A stretch of DNA of 62,413 bases, counting the filler, from Piptocephalis cylindrospora (taxonomy: Eukaryota), in the NCBI GenBank assembly GCA_003614145.1. It is 16 parts of 16 records of this genome, joined end to end, with 100 filler letters (N's around TTAATTAATTAA, not from the genome) between each part and the next. Parts side by side here need not be neighbours in the genome. Positions count along the whole stretch, not along the records: positions 23,543 to 27,366 come from KZ988620.1; positions 27,467 to 31,288 come from KZ988621.1; positions 31,389 to 35,201 come from KZ988622.1; positions 35,302 to 39,104 come from KZ988623.1; 12 more parts are not named here. One strand, 5' to 3'. How positions within the stretch are numbered: the first letter of the stretch is position 1; each line of letters opens with the position of its first letter. The position numbers were made by a program, and so were the translations under genes. Shown here in pieces: positions 24,228 to 36,715 of the stretch. The notes beneath the pieces were generated by a model that was not told the DNA's origin, ran no database searches, and worked only from the letters and a program-made list of their open reading frames with translations.

Positions 24228-24900
24228 GTTCCAGCAGACAAAGCTCTTAGGAGTGGTATCCCCCATGGCGTTCATCTCCATGGGGGTGGGGCCAGTATGG
24301 GACGAGGTCTTCCCACTGTAGGGGCGACTGGTATCCCAGGCGACAGCACGGCGGATGGCCTCTTCGAGGGTGGAGGGGCGGTGGTGCTCCACCTCGGAGC
24401 GGGTGGCGGAGTTTAGCCCCTGGAGGAATCTGTCCACACGGTCGCCCTCACTGGAATCCATCAGCTGGCCGTCCAGGGTGCGGAAGTCCGTCACATACGT
24501 GAGGATATCGGCCCCTTGTCGGGGTTGCCGTATCTTGTTGGGACCACTCGAGTGTAGTCCACAGGGCAATGAGCCGTACGGAGATGTTGGACAAGGCCCT
24601 AGAAAAATTCCACAGACTTTCCTACCCCCATGTGGCTGTGAAAGCCCTTGAGGGCTTCCCCTTCCAGGAGCAAGGCTGCCACAGCCACCTAACGGCTAGT
24701 GACCACAGCTTGAGTGGCAAAATGAAGTTCAACGCGGAAGGCGCACGTGTCCAAGTTTTCCTATGCCTTCCTAGAATAAAGTGAAGAAGGGCCCAGAGGA
24801 AGGCTCTGCTCGTGGGTAGGGGAAAAAGTGGTGGCTTTCCCTCCACATGCAACTCTTGGGCTTCTTGTGGAGGCTAACTTTCCAGGTGCAAGATTGTTCC
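24228..24900 (-). pseudogene. Degenerate Ty3/Gypsy gag
   Basis: YVTDFRTL...FLQGL...PSTLEEAIRRA...GPTPMEMNAM...CWN; upstream pieces are frameshifted (VAVAALLLEGEAL). Confidence 0.75.
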
Positions 24901-26109
24901 CCTACTAAACCCCGCACAACTTCCTATTGTGTAATAATAGCAACATTTATTTTAACTTTTTTCCCTTTTTCCCACAATGTGGACATCAGCGTATAAGGAG
25001 CTGGAGCCTATAGTGTGGCTCCCCTGCCGCGCAATGCACGCCTTCCCCACATTCCTTTACTCTCTCCTTCTCCTGCCTCCCTGTGCCACGCCGCCCCTCT
25101 CACGCTTTCTACACCTCTCTCCCCACTGTCTTACATTAAGGCGGCCATCAAGGGCTGATTTTGCAACCTTTCCAATTTTTGATGCATTATTGCTTGTCGC
25201 TGCTACTTGCAGCTTGGCCATATTTATTTTCGTTGTGTGTTGTTGCTCAACTTTTTGCATCCCTTCTTGTAGTCTCTGCTTCATATGTGGTGGGTCTTTC
25301 GTTGGATTGGATGGGTGGGCGGAGCTTCCGATGGGGGAATGGGTATGCCCCTCATCGTGACACTCAATGCACTGTTCTTTTGTGCACCTTAAGGAGACGC
25401 CTTGTTTTGGACTAGCATTCTCCCTTGTGCCTAACTTTTTAGTACATTGGGTAGATGGATGGATATATCCCGCTGCTATCAATGTCGAGATCCTTTTTCG
25501 TGTTTTTTGAGCAAGGTGACTTTGGACACCTGGGTAGAATAGATGCTTATTACTCACTGGCCTCTTAACCATAATGTAAAATCAAGACGCTCACCCCCCA
25601 GAATGGAAAATAATCCCATTCTTTCTTGCCCTTTCTTACACTGGCTTTCTTTCATCACGAGGAAAAACGAGTCACGTACATGCGCACACGCTGACGCAGA
25701 GGCCCACACATACAGATATACTCACATACACGTCCTAGTGCCTCGCCTTTGGGCTTTGCTATGGTAATTTTTATCGTATCAATATTAACTGTGCCCCAAT
25801 ATTTCGATTATTTTAAAGGCTAGAATTTTGAAGATTTACGTAAATTGATCTCAGTTATTTTTTTGGAATAGTCTCAAAATATTACACATTTGTAAATAAC
25901 ATGAGGATTGCCCATGTCCCAACAAATGCAAGAAGCACCACACACGGCTAAAGTCGCTTATTATACCCCCAGTGTAAGGCTATAGGGAGATAAGTGTATT
26001 CTTTAAAGCGGTTTTCTGGGTTGCATTTATCTACACTTGATCTACAGACATGACTAGTGTCAAATATCTTTATTTAATATGGTGTAATTTCTTTCAAAGC
26101 ATCACGTAA

Positions 26110-26383
26110 TATAACAGGGGCAGAAACAAGGAGACAGAAGGAAACAGGGGGGGGGACAGGGAAGAAGCTAGCGAAAGGGTATCTATTCCAAAGTCTGGGG
26201 GAAGAGGACAAAAAGAGCATCTTCTTATAGAGGGGAAAAACGGGAAAAGGGAGAAAAGAGAAAAAGACAGGGACCCGCGTCCTCGATAAATTAAGGGGCG
26301 GGTCCCGTGTTCGGAGTTCCACGGTAGATTATAATGATGGGAACTCGTGGTCGGAGTTTCCCTGAAATGATGGTATCATTACA
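26110..26383 (-). mobile_element. Solo LTR, flanked by CGTAA
   Basis: Ends in ATCATTACA and shares CCAAAGTCTGGGG plus a TATA block with the other LTRs; CGTAA at 26105-26109 and 26384-26388. Confidence 0.65.
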
Positions 26384-26436
26384 CGTAAATTACATCATCC
26401 TCTCAGCCTAAAGGCCTAATAGATGCAAATGGTTGT

Positions 26437-26546
26437 GATGATAAACCTATTTTATTATCCCCAAATGGGGTAGGCAATAGGAATGTTCGAACACAGTACC
26501 CACCCAAGGGTCGACATGCGTGGTACCAGGGACTAGGTCCCCGACG
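26437..26546 (-). mobile_element. SINE-like element, copy B, with a 17-bp TSD
   Basis: TAGATGCAAATGGTTGT at 26420-26436 and 26547-26563; 3' hairpin, AATAAA and ATCATC tail. Confidence 0.8.
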
Positions 26547-26810
26547 TAGATGCAAATGGTTGTACTAAAGAGAGCATCTGCTAAATTTTATGGCCATTAG
26601 GTTGGAGTTAGGATATTAGGGTTTTAGGGTAAAATGGCCTCTATGAGTATGGTGTTGAGTTTTATCAAATTGGAGCAAGTCTATTATTTACCCCAGTGTA
26701 ACGTCACGTGAATTCTAGCATGGCGCCATGTTACGTACACCAATATCTGAGGCATTGGACTCCGTGATACACCAAACTGCTGTTGATTTGGATATTTAGA
26801 AAAAGTTATG

Positions 26811-27101
26811 TGTAACATGGGGATGTAAAGAGGGAATATATTTGATGTGGTCCAAAGTCTGGGGAAAAGGGACAAAGGAGACTGAACTTTAGTATAGATG
26901 CGGAAGACAAGAATGTGATAAAAGACAAAGAGGGAGTAATGGGTGATTCTCCTTACCAAAGGGACCGAGAGCAAAAAAAAGCTCCTGGAAAGATCAAAAG
27001 ACTGTCACTAAGACTTTTCAGCAACTCTTGGCATCTGCCAAAAAATGGAGTAATCCAGATGTTTGAACGCCATTGGTTGTAGTAATAATGTATTGATAAC
27101 A
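26811..27101 (-). mobile_element. Solo LTR (291 bp, TG...CA) with 5-bp TSD TTATG
   Basis: TTATG at 26806-26810 and 27102-27106; similar to 51793-51976. Confidence 0.85.
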
Positions 27102-27151
27102 TTATGGCTAAAAGGGAGTATATTTCTCTTGCTCCCTCTCATTCTACCCCC

Positions 27152-27366
27152 TCATTCATAGTGCACGTCGGTCAGTGCATCTAGAAAGGCAGCCCACAAA
27201 CGAGCCCTGTTCTTGCGGCGCCAGCTGAACTCCCACAAATGGTCATCCGCCATGTTCTTGGTGTAGCATCTTGGAGGAATGGCCCTTTTGATGCCTGCCC
27301 AGGTCCCCTCAATGGTGTTGGTGTGGACCCCGGTAACTGGATCCCTGAACGTCTCCGAGTAGTTGA
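27152..27366 (-). mobile_element. Merlin family 2 transposase, 3' fragment
   Basis: Near-identical to about 51575-51792 (DPVTGVHTNTIEGTWAGIKRAIP). Confidence 0.9.
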
Positions 27367-27466
27367 NNNNNNNNNNNNNNNNNNNNNNNNNNNNNNNNNN
27401 NNNNNNNNNNTTAATTAATTAANNNNNNNNNNNNNNNNNNNNNNNNNNNNNNNNNNNNNNNNNNNN

Positions 27467-28384
27467 GATGAAATAACATACGTGTTCCGATAGCGGAAAA
27501 CTCCACGAATATCCACTTCCTTGCACATGGCATCAATGAGAGGCAGGGTAATGTTGGCATGGGCCATACCTACAGGGACAACTGCTCCCCCTGGTCTACA
27601 AGCCTGTGTGGGAAGGAGGGATGAGTGGGTAGGGGATGAGTTGGATGACGAAGCCAGTACACACACCTTAATGGAGGCTTGAAGACTGGACTCGACCCCA
27701 GAACATTCAATGACTACATCAAAATTTCGAATAGAGTCGCTTTCTGGAGAAAGGGGATGCTCCAGGGTGTTGGTAAAATCAGTAGCGTCCATGACGCCGT
27801 CGTTGATGTAGGATTTAGCAAAAGCAAGTCGCTGTGGGTGCACATCGACCATAAAAACTCGAATGGCTCCATAGACCTTTGCTACGGCAGCGACCAAAAG
27901 CCCCACGGGGCCCGCACCCATAATGAGGACTGAGTGGCCGGGCCTAGTCCCCCCCTCGGTTATTAGCATGGATAGCAACGGATAGGGGTTCGGCCATGGC
28001 AGCTTCATCAAAGGACAAGTTCTTGGGTACAATATGACAAAAGTCGGCTGGATGAGCATAATAGTATCGGAGGGTACCATCAATGGGAGGTGTGGCCGCA
28101 AAGCGGACATCAGAGCAGATGTTATATTTTCCTTCCTTGCATAAACCACAGGATCGACATGGGACGCCTGGTTCTATGGCTACATGGTCGCCTGAGTCAA
28201 GGAGGAGGAGTTGAGGAGAGAGAGAAGGCAAGCAGATCAAGGAAAATCATGAATCCCTACCAATTTGATGAGTATTTACCCCCGATCCAAGGGCAACCAC
28301 CTCCCCCGCACTTTCATGGCCAAGGATCATGGGCTCCTTGACGACCAAATCAGCAATGCAGCCGTGTGTCTACAGATAAAGGAA
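27467..28384 (-). repeat. 918-bp inverted copy of 30371-31288 (partial sorbitol dehydrogenase), probable fold-back chimera
   Basis: Identical ORF sets on opposite strands; both copies end at contig ends. Confidence 0.9.
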
Positions 28385-28699
28385 TGGGGAAAGGCAGCAT
28401 ACGATCATGATCTTCAGGAACTAAGTTTCCCCTCTTTTGCACAGGCGAGACGAAGGAGACGTAAAGGCTCTGAGGGACCCACAGCTTATATTTACGCCCC
28501 TCCAGACCAAGCGGGATGAGTGGGATAAGGTGCGCACGAGGATACTGCCGAAGATCCGCACGACCTGGGTCAAAGCACGTCATTCTAACACTGTCACCTT
28601 TTGCAAAAGGTTCTTTTCAGCTTTTATAGACCTACCCCATCCATAATGAAAGGTGGTTACACGTCTCTGGTACGTTTGCAGCTTTCGAAAGAGTAGCAT
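28385..28699 (-). CDS. Possible 5' exons of an unknown gene, cut by the inversion junction
   Basis: MLLFRKLQ...YGW, a GTAGGT..CAG intron, GRADLRQYPRAHL...EDHD, then a GTATGC donor. Confidence 0.3.
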
Positions 28700-30048
28700 G
28701 GGTGTTTTTCTGATTCTTTGAGAAAAAAGATAAATTGAAGTATAAATGTAATAAAATTAACCTTGGCTCAGGAATTGCCCCCTTCATAATAAGGCTCAGT
28801 TTTAATCATCAATCAATACATTTACCCTTTTCTTTATAACACATGCCTCATATCCATGCATGCCCTGCCTCCTTTCATTCGAGCGGAGCTTTCTCGTGCC
28901 AATCAAAAGGTAAATGGCAGCCAGTTTGTGACGACAGTCGAATGACGTATTTGTGGCCGACTGACTGGCATGTGAGGGAGATGCGCGCGCTTCGCGTCAC
29001 AATTCGCGTGCCACATTAGCACACACATTCCGCTCTTGTGGCGGAGTGCGAGCGAGAGAGAGTTTGTGTATATGTGGGCTGGTTTATAGAAGGCGGAGCC
29101 AGCTTCGTCGTGTGGCACATTTCAGAGAGACGAGGAGCTCCGATCAGAGTATCCCCATTTGGTTCCTATTGGATGGATACTTGACCAGAATTTCACTTGA
29201 ATGCAACCAGCTGGGGAGACTCGATATTATACTAAAGCTACTTTGATACTTGGTTAAGCACTGTCCCCTCACGGCCAAACCTATCATATAGATCCAGCGC
29301 AGTCAAGGTGTGATGTAGTCCGCTCTACAAATATAATGCAAAGGAACAAGACTAGAGCAAGGATGACGGAAGCGGAGTTGCATCTGTGCCTCTACGAGCA
29401 TATACTTTTGCTAGCTTGAAAATCTTCCATCCTTCTGCATTTTACCACGAGAGGGATTAGGTGTCTTATCCCCCTTCCACCCCGGTGAATTTTTTATCAG
29501 GGGTAAGATCTGCTGAATTCCTTTAGATCTGTCAGTCTATCCTTATTGATTCTCTGTCTTTGACTATGAGATCCCCTGTATGGCAACCATCATAATACTT
29601 CTTGAGGTAGTCGTATGTATAGAGGACTAGTAAACTCTGGAGCATTGCAACTCAACCTACTCGTCAACATTACAAAGCCAGATCCCCTGCCAAGTAAGAG
29701 GGGGGAGGGGGTATAGCTCACATATCTCAATTTTGTCGCACAGCGGCACTGGCGTTGTCTTGTGTGGGGAACTCGTGCGTGTGTGTGTGTACGAGGATGC
29801 ACTGACCTGGCTGAGACAAGTCCTCATATTCCTCTTGTTCCAGTCCTTTTGTAGGGGGCTTATTCCTGCCCCAGATCATGATATGTGCGTATGAGGATGG
29901 GCGTGTGCATATAAGGATGAGGCTCTAATTACGACTTTCCTAATTCCAAGCACATGCAACCTCTCTTCTCTTATCCTCCAACTCCCGTACTATTGCCAGT
30001 GCAAAGTATTCCAGCTACTCTCGCCTTTTTTCGTCTCCCACACCTTCT

Positions 30049-31288
30049 ATGCTCACTATCCCTCTCACTGATCTTGCTCTGGTGTTGAGAAAGGCCAATG
30101 ACATGAGTCTGGTATTTGAAAGGGGCGGTTCCTCCTTCATTTCCCATCCCTTACTCATCCCTCTTTCCTAGGAAGAGAGACCAGTCCCGAAGCCTGGGCC
30201 AGGCGGTAAGTAGATCATCGCACCAAGGCGTATCTTGAACTCATTCCACTTCCTCATGCAGAAGTCCTCGTTGCCATCAAGGCCACAGGTATTTGCGGAT
30301 CCGATATTCATTTTTGGGTAATTTCTTTCATCTTTTTCCTTTCCCTTATTCCCAGTCACATTCTTTCTCTTTCCTTTATCTGTAGACACACGGCTGCATT
30401 GCTGATTTGGTCGTCAAGGAGCCCATGATCCTTGGCCATGAAAGTGCGGGGGAGGTGGTTGCCCTTGGATCGGGGGTAAATACTCATCAAATTGGTAGGG
30501 ATTCATGATTTTCCTTGATCTGCTTGCCTTCTCTCTCTCCTCAACTCCTCCTCCTTGACTCAGGCGACCATGTAGCCATAGAACCAGGCGTCCCATGTCG
30601 ATCCTGTGGTTTATGCAAGGAAGGAAAATATAACATCTGCTCTGATGTCCGCTTTGCGGCCACACCTCCCATTGATGGTACCCTCCGATACTATTATGCT
30701 CATCCAGCCGACTTTTGTCATATTGTACCCAAGAACTTGTCCTTTGATGAAGCTGCCATGGCCGAACCCCTATCCGTTGCTATCCATGCTAATAACCGAG
30801 GGGGGGACTAGGCCCGGCCACTCAGTCCTCATTATGGGTGCGGGCCCCGTGGGGCTTTTGGTCGCTGCCGTAGCAAAGGTCTATGGAGCCATTCGAGTTT
30901 TTATGGTCGATGTGCACCCACAGCGACTTGCTTTTGCTAAATCCTACATCAACGACGGCGTCATGGACGCTACTGATTTTACCAACACCCTGGAGCATCC
31001 CCTTTCTCCAGAAAGCGACTCTATTCGAAATTTTGATGTAGTCATTGAATGTTCTGGGGTCGAGTCCAGTCTTCAAGCCTCCATTAAGGTGTGTGTACTG
31101 GCTTCGTCATCCAACTCATCCCCTACCCACTCATCCCTCCTTCCCACACAGGCTTGTAGACCAGGGGGAGCAGTTGTCCCTGTAGGTATGGCCCATGCCA
31201 ACATTACCCTGCCTCTCATTGATGCCATGTGCAAGGAAGTGGATATTCGTGGAGTTTTCCGCTATCGGAACACGTATGTTATTTCATC
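30049..31288 (+). CDS. Zn-dependent sorbitol/xylitol dehydrogenase, 3' end missing
   Basis: TGICGSDIH, LGHESAG, CRSCGLCKEGKYNIC, GAGPVG and GVFRY; apparent +1 frameshift at G7 (30800-30806). Confidence 0.92.
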
Positions 31289-31388
31289 NNNNNNNNNNNN
31301 NNNNNNNNNNNNNNNNNNNNNNNNNNNNNNNNTTAATTAATTAANNNNNNNNNNNNNNNNNNNNNNNNNNNNNNNNNNNNNNNNNNNN

Positions 31389-34098
31389 CCAGTCACTCTA
31401 AACCCTCTCCCTCCACCACCACCGCCTCCCCCTCCTCCAATACTTACATGGGCAATACAACTATCTCCCAGGACTCCTATGTAGCCTCCCCTTCTCCTCG
31501 CCATCGGCACGCCCCATCCATGTCCGTTAGTGCCATGATGAACCGCTCTGGTAGTCAGGCCAGTAGCCAATCCTCTTTTGGAGCCGAAATCCCCAATATC
31601 CCCATAGAGGATACCGCAAGGGCCTATGCCGAGACCACTGCCGCTCTTGATGCCCGAAGGACCCAGAGTGCCGATTCTGGTAAGGATGAGTTTGCGCTGG
31701 GATACTGTATTATGTTTAGCTATTCTTCCGCGAATAACTCACTTTCTCCACCTATGGAACCCGTACAGAAAGGGAAGGCCCTCTTACTCCGACAACCCCT
31801 CCTAACCCATCAACCTCAGAAAGAACAGATTCCGGAGAGTTGGCCAGGGAAATGGCAAGGGGCGTCTTGGCCATGCCAGGGCCTCAAGTTCCCCCTCCCT
31901 CCATCAGTCAGCAGAGGACCCTTCGCAGGAAACCCGTGCTCCCCGGCGTTGTCGGCGCTGGCATTCCCCCAGGCGAGGAGGAGGAGGAGGAGGAGAGGGA
32001 AAGGAGGGAGGGATACATGGAGGAAGCCATGGCCCAGGAAGGAATTCCGCCTTCTGAACCTACCATCCTAACCTCTCCTATGGGCATTGTCTCCAGATCC
32101 GTTTCTTCCTCAGGCATGTCCAAGTCTGGGAGCTCTCGGGGTGTCCCTGCCCCCTTGACTATCGTATCCCCCAGGGTCCCCGATGTCCCCCAGGCCCCAG
32201 TCACCACTCCTTCCCTAAGTGTCTTTGACGAGGCTTCACCCATCACTCTTCGAAAGGAACAAGAGTTGGAGGACGATATGAATGAGCAAGATAGGCCTCA
32301 TACCGCCAGTGCTATCTATTCACACTTTCCCGCCCGTCCCTCCCAGCAAGATCCGTATTTCGAAGAACGAGCTCAATCCTCCTTCCCATCTCATATCCCC
32401 CCTTGGTCTCCTTTGCATCCTCGGCATCAGAGACATCCTTCCACTGAGCATCCCCATGGCAACCCCTCTGCACCCGAAGCGGAAGGCGAGGGGCTCAAGA
32501 GGAGGAAGAGCAAGAAGAAAAAGTCCAAAGAACAGGTGGGGAAACAGGAGAGTCTTGTGGCTCCTTGGACCCGTACCCTGCAACGTCGGGTTTCGGCTCA
32601 TCGTCTTGGCCTTACCCGAGATTCTAATGAAGTCTCAGGCAGTCGCGGTGGTCCTGGTGGCCTGACCAGGAACCATACTATTACTGGCAGAATGGGTCAT
32701 GCTACAGCTGAAAGTCTACATGGACTACGCCCACGCACTAGCCAAGCCAATATGGGCCCCAGCTCCAAGGATCAAGCCCTACTTCATCCCCCCATGACTT
32801 CCTCTTCCTCCATCATACCTCCTAATAATACTGCTCGGTCAGGGGACCCCCCAAGCCCTCTGGGTTACCGTCTGGTCCGGACTATGGCATCGGCTGGATC
32901 CCTGGCTTCTGCTGCCGCCGCTGCCGAGGAGGGTAGGCCCTTGCCGGAGGAGGAGAGGGCTGAGGCTGAGGGGTCTGCCCCTAACTCTTTATTCGCCGCC
33001 ACCGAGGCTTGGAAGCGTATGGCTGCTGCTGAAGACGGTAGGGGTATGAATGACTCCTCGGAGTCTACCATCACCACAGATCCCCCCGTGACCAAGACTC
33101 CCTCCCCCGCTCCTCCGCCCTTACTTCTTGATGAAGCCCAGGAACAGAGGGCACAGGCCCGTATGGCCCTGGATCCCGCCGATACTGAACCCCGAAGGCT
33201 TCTCCGGGCCAATTCCCTTGCTAGGCTTCGTCGCCACATGGCCGCCCGGAATGAGGGCACTGAGGATCCCAGGACCTTGGACGATAGTTCCGGGGGATTG
33301 ACCCCTTCTACAGGAGGAGGTAGTGCCCCAGCCTCCACTGTCACCACCCCTACAGAGTGTGAAGGACCCCAAAGACAAGGTACTCTACCTCAGGGTACTG
33401 ATGGTGCTCCACGATCCCTGGGTCCCTTAGTTACGGGTATCCCTCATTCTGCCGCTGCCGCTACCACGACCCATACTCTGTCCCCCCAGGAATCTGGAGC
33501 TCCTGCTACCCTTCTTCACCGGTCCAGATCTTCCCCGGCTATCCCCGATTCCATTCTTCTCCGTCGAACGCAAGCCATTTCCCCTCTCCTACCTGCCGAA
33601 GTACTTCAACGCGCTGCTTCAATCTCTCGGAGCGGCGGGAGCATACGTCGCCCCCGAGGAAAGACATTTGGGGAAGTGCCCTCCTCCTCCCCCTCCTCCG
33701 GTCCCCCAATCCTTTCCCTTAACTTTCCTACTCAAGCCCACGGTCTCCCCTCTCCCTCTCCCAAAGCCAGCCCCTCGGACACTGATTCCATCCTTGGGGT
33801 TCCTAAGAGACCGGTCAATGAGTACGAGCAGGCTGAGGCCCATCTCGTCGACCTCAAGATCGTCGTTGACAAGAAAATCCTCATCAAGCTCCAAATCGAC
33901 CGGGATATTCCCCTTACTCGACTATGGCAGGTGGCCAAGGATAAGTTTTGCAAGTGCGGGTATGACTCGGTCATGACGCCTGACAAAGTCCTTGTCTACC
34001 GGGACCCCGCAGGGAATGTCGTCCGACTCGATGGTGATTTTGCCCTAAGCATCGTCCTGACTGGATGCCCTCGGAAAATGACCTTTTTCTGTGTGTGA
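31389..34098 (+). CDS. Large disordered protein with a C-terminal PB1-like domain, 5' end probably missing
   Basis: Intron about 31680-31768, then a ~750-aa Ser/Pro-rich ORF ending VDLKIVVD...LVYRDPAGNVVRLDGD...MTFFCV. Confidence 0.7.
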
Positions 34099-34402
34099 TC
34101 CCCACCTTCTCCACTGGATGGGAGATGGGTGAGAGGAATTCTTTTTTTATATCCTATAGATCGTATATTTTACATCCACAATCATACTGTTCCTCTTACC
34201 TTGAGGTATATACCATTTCAGGATATCTAGTCCTTTCTTCATGTTGTATCGTGGAAAGCGCGGTTTAATTATTCACTCTACAAGCGCCTCCTCTCTGGGA
34301 GGTCTGACCCTACCTATAGCGTGTACTCGCATATCATAAGGTCAGTATTTTACAGATATCACACATTTTCATTTCTTTTCACTAGTTCATCATCACTCAA
34401 GA

Positions 34403-35201
34403 TTAAATATCGTCCCCTTCCCAGGCAAGAGCTGTGTCCACCCGACACACCCCTTGACCTGCTTCTATGTACAGGGAGGACGGGTCTCGGTGGAGGAGGG
34501 AGTAAACCCGTTCAAAGGGGACGTGAGACCCTCGTGTCTCTGAGTCCGGCTGGTCCTTGAGGCCCAGGGGGCACACATCTACCCGGATAACCTCATCATG
34601 CTGATCCTCCTGGACCCCGGAAGCATCCAGTCTCCAAGCTTCCCAGGCTCCAAGGGGCTCCTGATATTCATCAACCCCATCTGTCTTGATCCGTTTCCTT
34701 ACCCCGTAGACACACCCATCCGAGATGACCAGGTCCAGGGATCCGGGAGAGGCAATACATCCGACCCAACTAGCTCGTAACCGCAGGTCCCCATCCCGCC
34801 TCTCGGCTCCCTCCCCTCCCCAATCTTCCGAGACCCCCTCGACCACTTCACCTTCCGGAATGGGGTAAGAGGAAGGAGGGAAGAGGCGATGCTCGATGCA
34901 CTGACAGTTCCCAGCATGTTCCAGCCTCCATATGCCCACCCAGCCCGATTGGGTCAGGAGGCCCAGATAGCACTGACCATCTGGATCTCCGGCCCCAGAT
35001 CCTCCGAGGGCCACGGTGTGAATGGAGGATGAGGTAAGATCGTGCGATTCCGGAATATCCTGGGGGACATGAAGGGTAGAGCAGGGGACGGCCCTTCCCA
35101 TTGTATCCCAAATCCCCACTTGATCCTCCCAGCTCCCACCAGTGGACTTGTCCACAGTAACGGCCATCCCTACCACAGACTCCTCTAGGATTGCAAGGGC
35201 A
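34403..35201 (-). CDS. C-terminus of a WD40-like protein, possibly SCAP/Scp1
   Basis: 257+ aa ORF; GVRKR...WEAWRLD...VPFERV recalls fungal Scp1 tails (from memory, not tested). Confidence 0.4.
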
Positions 35202-35614
35202 NNNNNNNNNNNNNNNNNNNNNNNNNNNNNNNNNNNNNNNNNNNNTTAATTAATTAANNNNNNNNNNNNNNNNNNNNNNNNNNNNNNNNNNNNNNNNNNN
35301 NCATAGGAAAAAGGGGAAATTGTAATTTTCCCAATACATTTCGCTGTTTACTACTACTAATCTCATCATGTCGGTGTGGACTAGAGATCACTGCAGGTTA
35401 CTTCATTTTACATAAAAGAGGCCTGACCTTGACGAATGTCAATGTTATTTATAGGCCCGATGATCATATACCCTATATCTATCTACCGGTTAAAATCGAT
35501 ATAAAGGATGGTCGGGTACACAGACGAGCCTTATCTCTCTTTCCTCAAACAGAATTCATGTATGATGTACAGAGAAGAAACAGAAAGGAAGTCCATGGAT
35601 AAAGAAGAGTGGCC

Positions 35615-36715
35615 TCACTTTAGAGAGGTCAAGCGCTGGTAAAGGGTCACAGCCTCAGGGCATCCCAGATGCTCCAGAGCAAATGCTTTTAATTCGAGAA
35701 GGAGGTCAGAGAGGGAGAGAATCTCGTGCTTCTCCAGGACCTGGATTAATTTGCACACAATATGCACCTGGCGATCTCTCTCCTCCTTACCCTGAACTCT
35801 GGAGCACGCAGACGCCTTTCCCACTACATATCTCTGGGCAAATTCTCTGGGAAGACGTGAAGAGGAACGGGCCAGCATGGTGGCCATACGCATGGTCAAT
35901 GGAGAGTCCTCAACGGCCTTTAGGTATCTAAAAGGATGGAAGGTGGGGGTAGGTGAGATCGATTTTCGACCCTTCACCCATCACCCCCATCCACCGCCTC
36001 TTACGCTTCAGATCGATTAGTGAGAAGGATAGCATGGAAGAGGGATGAAGCCACTTCCAAGTTATGTGTCGTCATCTGAGTCAATTGGGTAGGACTAATC
36101 TTCTCGTCCAAATCCACTGAGGAGACATCCAACGCACGCATTAATCCCTAGAATAGGGTGATACAGGAATTTACGGGAGTTTAGGGACATCATGATATCT
36201 ACCTAGGACTTCTACTACTTACACTCTGCTCCTCTGGAGTTAGAAGATCATCCGTGGCCTTGTCCAGTAGAGTAGTCAGGTCCTCGCTTGGGATGGTGGT
36301 GGAGCGAGAGGCCCTGGTGGCCCAGGACATCGTCTCTCCCTCACCCGTCTCCTCCCCCAATCCATAGGCCTTTCTTACTTCCTGGCTGTACCGGTCATCC
36401 CATAGGAAGACATGGGCGGGGGGTTGGGGATCGAGCCAGTGAAACTGTCATGAGGAAGGGGGGTTCCTGTTGAGTAATCGTTCGTTCGATTGGCTCAGTC
36501 TTCAAAAAAAATCCCAGTGAAATCCTCACCTCAGCAGTCTCCAGGGGGAAGAGCGGTAGTGGGGGTAATGGAGGAAGATTATGGATGGTTGGGTCATTGA
36601 TATCGGTGTCGCGCCATGGCCGCTTAGGCGGCCCATCAGGAACGAGGGGCGGAGTCGGGGGCACAGGAGAGGCCTGACGTTCCAAGGTCCCAGAAGGACT
36701 GGATTGACCTTCCAT
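35615..36715 (-). CDS. CNOT11: CCR4-NOT subunit CNOT11-like protein
   Basis: Spliced LPPLPPL...FHWLDPQPPAHVFLWD and C-terminal LPREFAQRYV...RQVHIVCKLIQVL...ELKAFALEH...EAVTLYQRL. Confidence 0.75.

Noticed and set aside
25057..25572. 171-aa ORF in the TE cluster
   Set aside because: No recognisable motif; probably decayed repeat DNA
26596..26632. Telomere-like TTAGGG variants (also CCTAA variants at about 36948-36984)
   Set aside because: Too few and too degenerate, and internal to contigs
27467..31288. Apparent inverted duplication of sorbitol dehydrogenase or a giant TIR element
   Set aside because: Copies are identical, end at both contig ends and break inside an intron; similar fold-backs in two other contigs indicate amplification chimeras
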